A stretch of DNA of 10,915 nucleotides, taken from positions 391 to 11,305 of the forward strand of contig RDNZ01000064.1 of the NCBI GenBank assembly GCA_011364905.1, read 5' to 3'. This DNA is from Candidatus Thorarchaeota archaeon (GTDB lineage: Archaea; Asgardarchaeota; Thorarchaeia; Thorarchaeales; Thorarchaeaceae). The notes under the pieces were generated by a model, which searched no databases, was not told the origin of the DNA, and saw only the letters and a program-made list of their open reading frames with translations. Made by a program: the position numbers and the translations under genes. How positions within the stretch are numbered: the stretch's first letter is position 1; each line of letters begins with the position of its first letter. Below, in pieces: positions 7,651 through 10,915 of this stretch.

Positions 7651-7690
7651 GCTTGTCCTACGGCTAGGGATTCTACTGAGTCGTGATTTC

Positions 7691-7701
7691 GGAAGGAAAA
7701 A
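7691..7701 (-). terminator. Pyrimidine-tract (archaeal-type) terminator after the small GTPase
   Basis: TTTTTCCTTCC begins 7 nt after the GTPase stop codon on the minus strand. Confidence 0.4.
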
Positions 7702-7707
7702 CGAGTA

Positions 7708-8205
7708 CTATGCGGCTACTTGAACAATATCTCTAAGCCCATTTACAATCAACTTGTATCCATTGAGCCGCTGTTTGGGATCAATAGCAACCATACCAAC
7801 AGTGGGAACTCCGAGCAAGTCTTGCACCGACTCGGGACGCATTGATCCAGGAAGATCCTGCTTGTTGGCAACGGCGATGACCTTCACACCACTTAGGTTA
7901 CTTTTGTATTTCTCAAGTAGTTGACGAGTCTTAAGAACAGCTTTTGGATTACTCTCAGTGACAACAACAACCATCTTGCTGCCTCTCATGAAGTCAGCCC
8001 ATAAGAACTCAAAGTGGGATTGACCACCCATCTCAATCAGGGAAACTTTGGTCGAGCTATCTAAGGTGATCGTTCCGCAACTCATACCAGCAGTTGGTTG
8101 ATAGTTTGCCTCCAACTTCGGTGCCCTATCAGTGAGGAGTTTAATCAGAGTGGACTTACCAGCATATCCGGATCCCATAAGGGCAACTTTGACGTACTGT
8201 GTCAT
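7708..8205 (-). CDS. Small GTPase, Arf/MglA-like (Ras superfamily)
   Basis: G1 GSGYAGKST, G2 YQPTAG, G3 EMGGQ (variant of DxxGQ), FEFLW, G4 ANKQD, G5-like MVAI. ATG 8205 has GGAG 9 nt upstream; TTG 8220 is the alternative start. Confidence 0.9.
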   Translation of the reverse strand: MTQYVKVALMGSGYAGKSTLIKLLTDRAPKLEANYQPTAGMSCGTITLDSSTKVSLIEMGGQSHFEFLWADFMRGSKMVVVVTESNPKAVLKTRQLLEKYKSNLSGVKVIAVANKQDLPGSMRPESVQDLLGVPTVGMVAIDPKQRLNGYKLIVNGLRDIVQVAA

Positions 8206-8399
8206 GTGATCTGGCTCCAAGTAGACCCCGTTTAGTTAGTGTTTAGGTTGGTGTATTTCGGGAGTAATACTCGCTGATGAAAATACGGCTCATTTGAAGC
8301 TCTACTTAAGGCTGATGAATGACCATTAGATATGTCTGTAAAGGGCGCGATAGAAGAGCTTAACAAGCAATTGGAGTTTGCCAGTTGGGAGCTGATGAA

Positions 8400-9392
8400 A
8401 TGTCCACCAAAGGTCCGGAAGTCATTGTGATTGAGGACGGAGCCTTGGATAAAATTGGACCACTAGTGAAGGACTACTCCCACCCTATCTGCGTGACTGA
8501 TAGTTTGATCCACAAGGATTATTCGCAGCATCTAGAAAATGCAATTGGAAAACCTTGCAGATGGCTAATGGCTGCCTCTTATCGAGCAAATACGAACACT
8601 GTTCTTGGTAATGTCGATATTGTTTTGGGATTTGGAGGAGGAAGTAGCTTAGATGTGGCTAAGCTGATTTCCCGTGACACTGGCATTAACTGGATTTCAG
8701 TACCTACTGCAGCATCGCATGACGGAATAGCCAGTGAAGTGGCATCTGTAAGTCACAATGGCTACAAATACTCTGAGAAGTGCAAGGGGCCGATGGCGGT
8801 GATTGCTGACACATCAATCATCTCGAGGGCACCACCTAGGCTTCGGCTTGCGGGTCTCGGAGATATAATCTGTAAAACTTCTAGTCTGGCTGAATGGAAA
8901 CTGGCTCATGAAGTAAAAGAAGAGCCATTTGATGAAGAAGTATATTCTCTAGTCAAGAAGGCGTTAGAGTCGGTACTGGCAAGTGATCGACTTGAAACTC
9001 TGATCAGCGCCGAAATTGATGCAGGTCGAGCTATGAGCATTTTCGGAAGTTCACGACCCTGTTCCGGAACTGAACATGCAATATCTCATGCAATGGACAG
9101 GATTAGTGGTGAACTTCATGGACTTCAAGTTGCATTCGCTACTCCACTTTGTCTTCATTATCTGCAAGAGGTTGGATGCTCCGAGTATAAACCGAGAAAG
9201 ATGCAGGACTTTATGGAGGACAGAGAGATGCCTACAACCCTTTCAGAGATGGCCATAAGCTCAGAGCAGTTGATTGACTGTGTCCGTCATGGCCTAAAAA
9301 TTATGGAGAAACGAAACAGATACTCTGTATTACATCATCTGAATGTGGACGATAGTTCTCTTAAGGCCACCATGATGGACCTTGGGTATTAG
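8400..9392 (+). CDS. egsA: sn-glycerol-1-phosphate dehydrogenase [NAD(P)+]
   Basis: GFGGGSSLDVAK, SVPTAASHDGIAS, PMAVIAD, AGLGD, SSRPCSGTEHAISHAMD, LHGLQVA (Zn ligands D/H/H). ATG 8400 preferred; TTG 8385 is the alternative. Confidence 0.9.
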   Translation: MSTKGPEVIVIEDGALDKIGPLVKDYSHPICVTDSLIHKDYSQHLENAIGKPCRWLMAASYRANTNTVLGNVDIVLGFGGGSSLDVAKLISRDTGINWISVPTAASHDGIASEVASVSHNGYKYSEKCKGPMAVIADTSIISRAPPRLRLAGLGDIICKTSSLAEWKLAHEVKEEPFDEEVYSLVKKALESVLASDRLETLISAEIDAGRAMSIFGSSRPCSGTEHAISHAMDRISGELHGLQVAFATPLCLHYLQEVGCSEYKPRKMQDFMEDREMPTTLSEMAISSEQLIDCVRHGLKIMEKRNRYSVLHHLNVDDSSLKATMMDLGY

Positions 9393-9413
9393 AATGTCGA
9401 CCCACTTCGACAG

Positions 9414-9421
9414 TTTTAAAA
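9414..9421 (+). promoter_or_regulatory. TATA box for the rpl7ae operon
   Basis: TTTTAAAA; implies a TSS around 9443-9446, which is where a hairpin begins. Confidence 0.55.
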
Positions 9422-9480
9422 GACGCTAGACTGACGGCGCAGGAGAGTCTGTCTATTGATAGATGGACTCAGTTAGCATA

Positions 9481-9506
9481 TACCGATGAAGAACTGAACT
9501 GAGGTA
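9481..9506 (+). promoter_or_regulatory. Kink-turn in the rpl7ae 5' UTR overlapping the Shine-Dalgarno (L7Ae autoregulatory site)
   Basis: TACC-GAT-GA-AG-AACTGAA-CT-GA-GGTA: C-stem TACC/GGTA, 3-nt bulge, tandem G.A/A.G pairs, NC stem AG/CT. The 3' strand contains SD GAGGT, 8 nt before the ATG. Confidence 0.8.
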
Positions 9507-9513
9507 GAAATCA

Positions 9514-9885
9514 ATGCCAAAGCCAAGTTTTGTAGAATGGGAGCCTACTGAGGAACTTCAGAAGAAAGCCCTAGAGGCTCTAGAAATAGCAAAGGACACA
9601 GGTCGTATCAAGAAAGGGATCAATGAAGCAACGAAGAGCATTGAGCGTGGTATTGCACGTTTGGTGATTGTTGCAGAAGATGTTGAACCCCAAGAAGTGA
9701 TTATGTATTTACCGGGTCTCTGTGATGACAAGAAGGCTCCATACATCTTTGTGAAGAGCAAAGCGGACCTTGGAAACGCTGCAGGTATCGAACGACCCAC
9801 AGCCGCTGTTGCAATCATTGTTGATGGTAAGGCTAAGGAACTAGTCGATGATCTTGTCGAGAAGATAAATGGCCTTCGAAAGTAA
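9514..9885 (+). CDS. rpl7ae: 50S ribosomal protein L7Ae (eL8)
   Basis: TGRIKKGINEATKSIERG, LVIVAEDVEPQEV, LGNAAGI. Confidence 0.97.
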   Translation: MPKPSFVEWEPTEELQKKALEALEIAKDTGRIKKGINEATKSIERGIARLVIVAEDVEPQEVIMYLPGLCDDKKAPYIFVKSKADLGNAAGIERPTAAVAIIVDGKAKELVDDLVEKINGLRK

Positions 9886-9905
9886 GACCAAGGTGATGGC
9901 CAACA

Positions 9906-10130
9906 ATGAGCAAAGAAGAAGAAGCAACTCCTTCAATCCCTGCAGAGGTCATTCAGCTCCTAGGAAGAACTGGAGTGACTGGCGAGATCACTCAAGTCCG
10001 AGTCAAGATACTGGATGGCAGGGATAAGGGTCGAGTCCTTACTCGCAATGTGAAGGGGCCTATTAGGATGGGAGATATCCTGATTCTAAGAGAAACCGAA
10101 CGTGAAGCCCGTAAGATGAGGAGGCGCTAA
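9906..10130 (+). CDS. rps28e: 30S ribosomal protein S28e (eS28)
   Basis: [37 protein letters not shown]; SD AGGTGA. Confidence 0.97.
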   Translation: MSKEEEATPSIPAEVIQLLGRTGVTGEITQVRVKILDGRDKGRVLTRNVKGPIRMGDILILRETEREARKMRRR

Positions 10131-10136
10131 TAAAGC

Positions 10137-10337
10137 ATGGTCGGAACCCAGAAGTGCACGTTCTGTGGGAAAGATATTGAGCCTGGAACTGGTTCTGCAT
10201 TTGTACAGACCAAGGATGGAACAGTGCTTTGGTTCTGCTCTAACAAGTGTAAAACTAGCAGGCTCAAACGCCAGTTAAAACCAAGAGACACTAAATGGAC
10301 CACGGGTTATGAAAAAGGCGGAAAGACCTCTCGGTGA
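10137..10337 (+). CDS. rpl24e: 50S ribosomal protein L24e (eL24)
   Basis: CTFCGKDIEPGTG, DGTVLWFCSNKC, PRDTKWT. Confidence 0.96.
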   Translation: MVGTQKCTFCGKDIEPGTGSAFVQTKDGTVLWFCSNKCKTSRLKRQLKPRDTKWTTGYEKGGKTSR

Positions 10338-10355
10338 TTAGTGGTTACTGTAAGA

Positions 10356-10381
10356 CCAAAGGTGGAATGAACCACCTTTGG
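10356..10381. terminator. Perfect 10-bp inverted repeat between convergent rpl24e and ndk (possible bidirectional terminator or processing hairpin)
   Basis: CCAAAGGTGG-AATGAA-CCACCTTTGG. Confidence 0.6.
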
Positions 10382-10387
10382 ATTCAT

Positions 10388-10915
10388 CTATGCCTTTTCC
10401 ACTTCCTCTCGCACAAAGTCAAAGATTGCTGAAGCCAAAGCTTTGATGTCTTCAGACGCTATTCCCTTCGAGTCTTTTTCTAAGAATTGAATCAAAGATT
10501 TGAGAACATTGTCCGATAAGTCACGATTCTCAATGGCATTTTTGACAACGCTGCGAAGTACCATAGTATAGTCAGCATCGCCAACCTCATACTTCTTGAT
10601 GTATGCTTCAGCTTGGTCTTTAGCGTCCGGAGCTTCTCTGAGACCACCCTCAGTGGTCCAGAGCTTGATCTCATTATCTGCAGTTTCAGAAGCATCAGAT
10701 GCGTGTGCTATGTTTATTCCAGCCCAAATCCCATACTTTCCTCGAAGGGATGAGGGATCAGCCTTTTGTACAAAGGTTGCACCGAGAGCATCGCGGACTC
10801 CTTGGATTACGTCGTTGCCCTCAAGGATTGTTGCTAGTACCGGAGCTGAGGATATGAAATCAACCAACCACGCGAAGAATGGTTTTTCCTTATGAACATC
10901 ATAGTGCATCTTGGC
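10388..10915 (-). CDS. ndk: Nucleoside-diphosphate kinase with C-terminal extension (5' end outside window)
   Basis: HYDVHKEKPFF, ILEG, VRDALGAT, SLRGKYG, INIAHASD (phospho-His), NEIKLW; the frame stays open to the window edge. Confidence 0.9.
   Translation of the reverse strand, partial: AKMHYDVHKEKPFFAWLVDFISSAPVLATILEGNDVIQGVRDALGATFVQKADPSSLRGKYGIWAGINIAHASDASETADNEIKLWTTEGGLREAPDAKDQAEAYIKKYEVGDADYTMVLRSVVKNAIENRDLSDNVLKSLIQFLEKDSKGIASEDIKALASAIFDFVREEVEKA

Noticed and set aside
5241-7667. Alternative-frame and antisense ORFs over the ribosomal operon, including 7473-7667
   Set aside because: They overlap conserved genes or the promoter/leader region; no coding signatures.
7511-7700. 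tRNA, rps11 remnant or H/ACA RNA upstream of rpoD
   Set aside because: No TTCRA T-loop or cloverleaf, no S11 C-terminal motif noticed, no ACA box, and the internal loop is one-sided.
8262-8362. Hammerhead ribozyme built on CTGATGA-AAAT..ATTT-GAAG
   Set aside because: Stem II is weak, the core has GAAG instead of GAAA, and no stem I can form with either candidate stem III.
9076-10895. ORFs 9076-9258, 9558-9818, 10492-10695 and 10596-10895
   Set aside because: Shadow frames of egsA, rpl7ae and ndk.
1-10915. Mobile elements, CRISPR array, inteins or introns
   Set aside because: No transposase or integrase, no regularly spaced repeats, and protein lengths match uninterrupted family members apart from the NDK extension.

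Overview
Archaeal core-genome window. Gene content (Arf-like small GTPase, egsA, GGTG(A/G) Shine-Dalgarno sites) suggests Asgard archaea, probably Thorarchaeia; this is inference. From left to right: (1) the 5' part of a C5-cytosine methyltransferase with an SPPC motif (minus strand, runs off the left edge, missing from the ORF track); (2) a compact four-gene operon for the archaeal modified mevalonate pathway: mevalonate kinase, UbiD-type anhydromevalonate-phosphate decarboxylase, and AcnX phosphomevalonate dehydratase large and small subunits; (3) a convergent rpoD-rpl18e-rpl13-rps9-rpoN-rps2 operon, detached from rps13/4/11 and preceded by its own TATA box and a ~110-nt structured leader; (4) a small GTPase with an atypical G3 motif; (5) egsA; (6) rpl7ae-rps28e-rpl24e, with a clear kink-turn over the rpl7ae Shine-Dalgarno; (7) an inverted nucleoside-diphosphate kinase with a ~89-aa C-terminal extension. 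The best candidates for novelty are the rpoD-operon leader RNA (possible k-turn/switch, perhaps L7Ae-coupled), the trypanosomatid-like mevalonate kinase heading the archaeal MVA operon, and the extended NDK. No mobile element, CRISPR array, tRNA or rRNA was seen.
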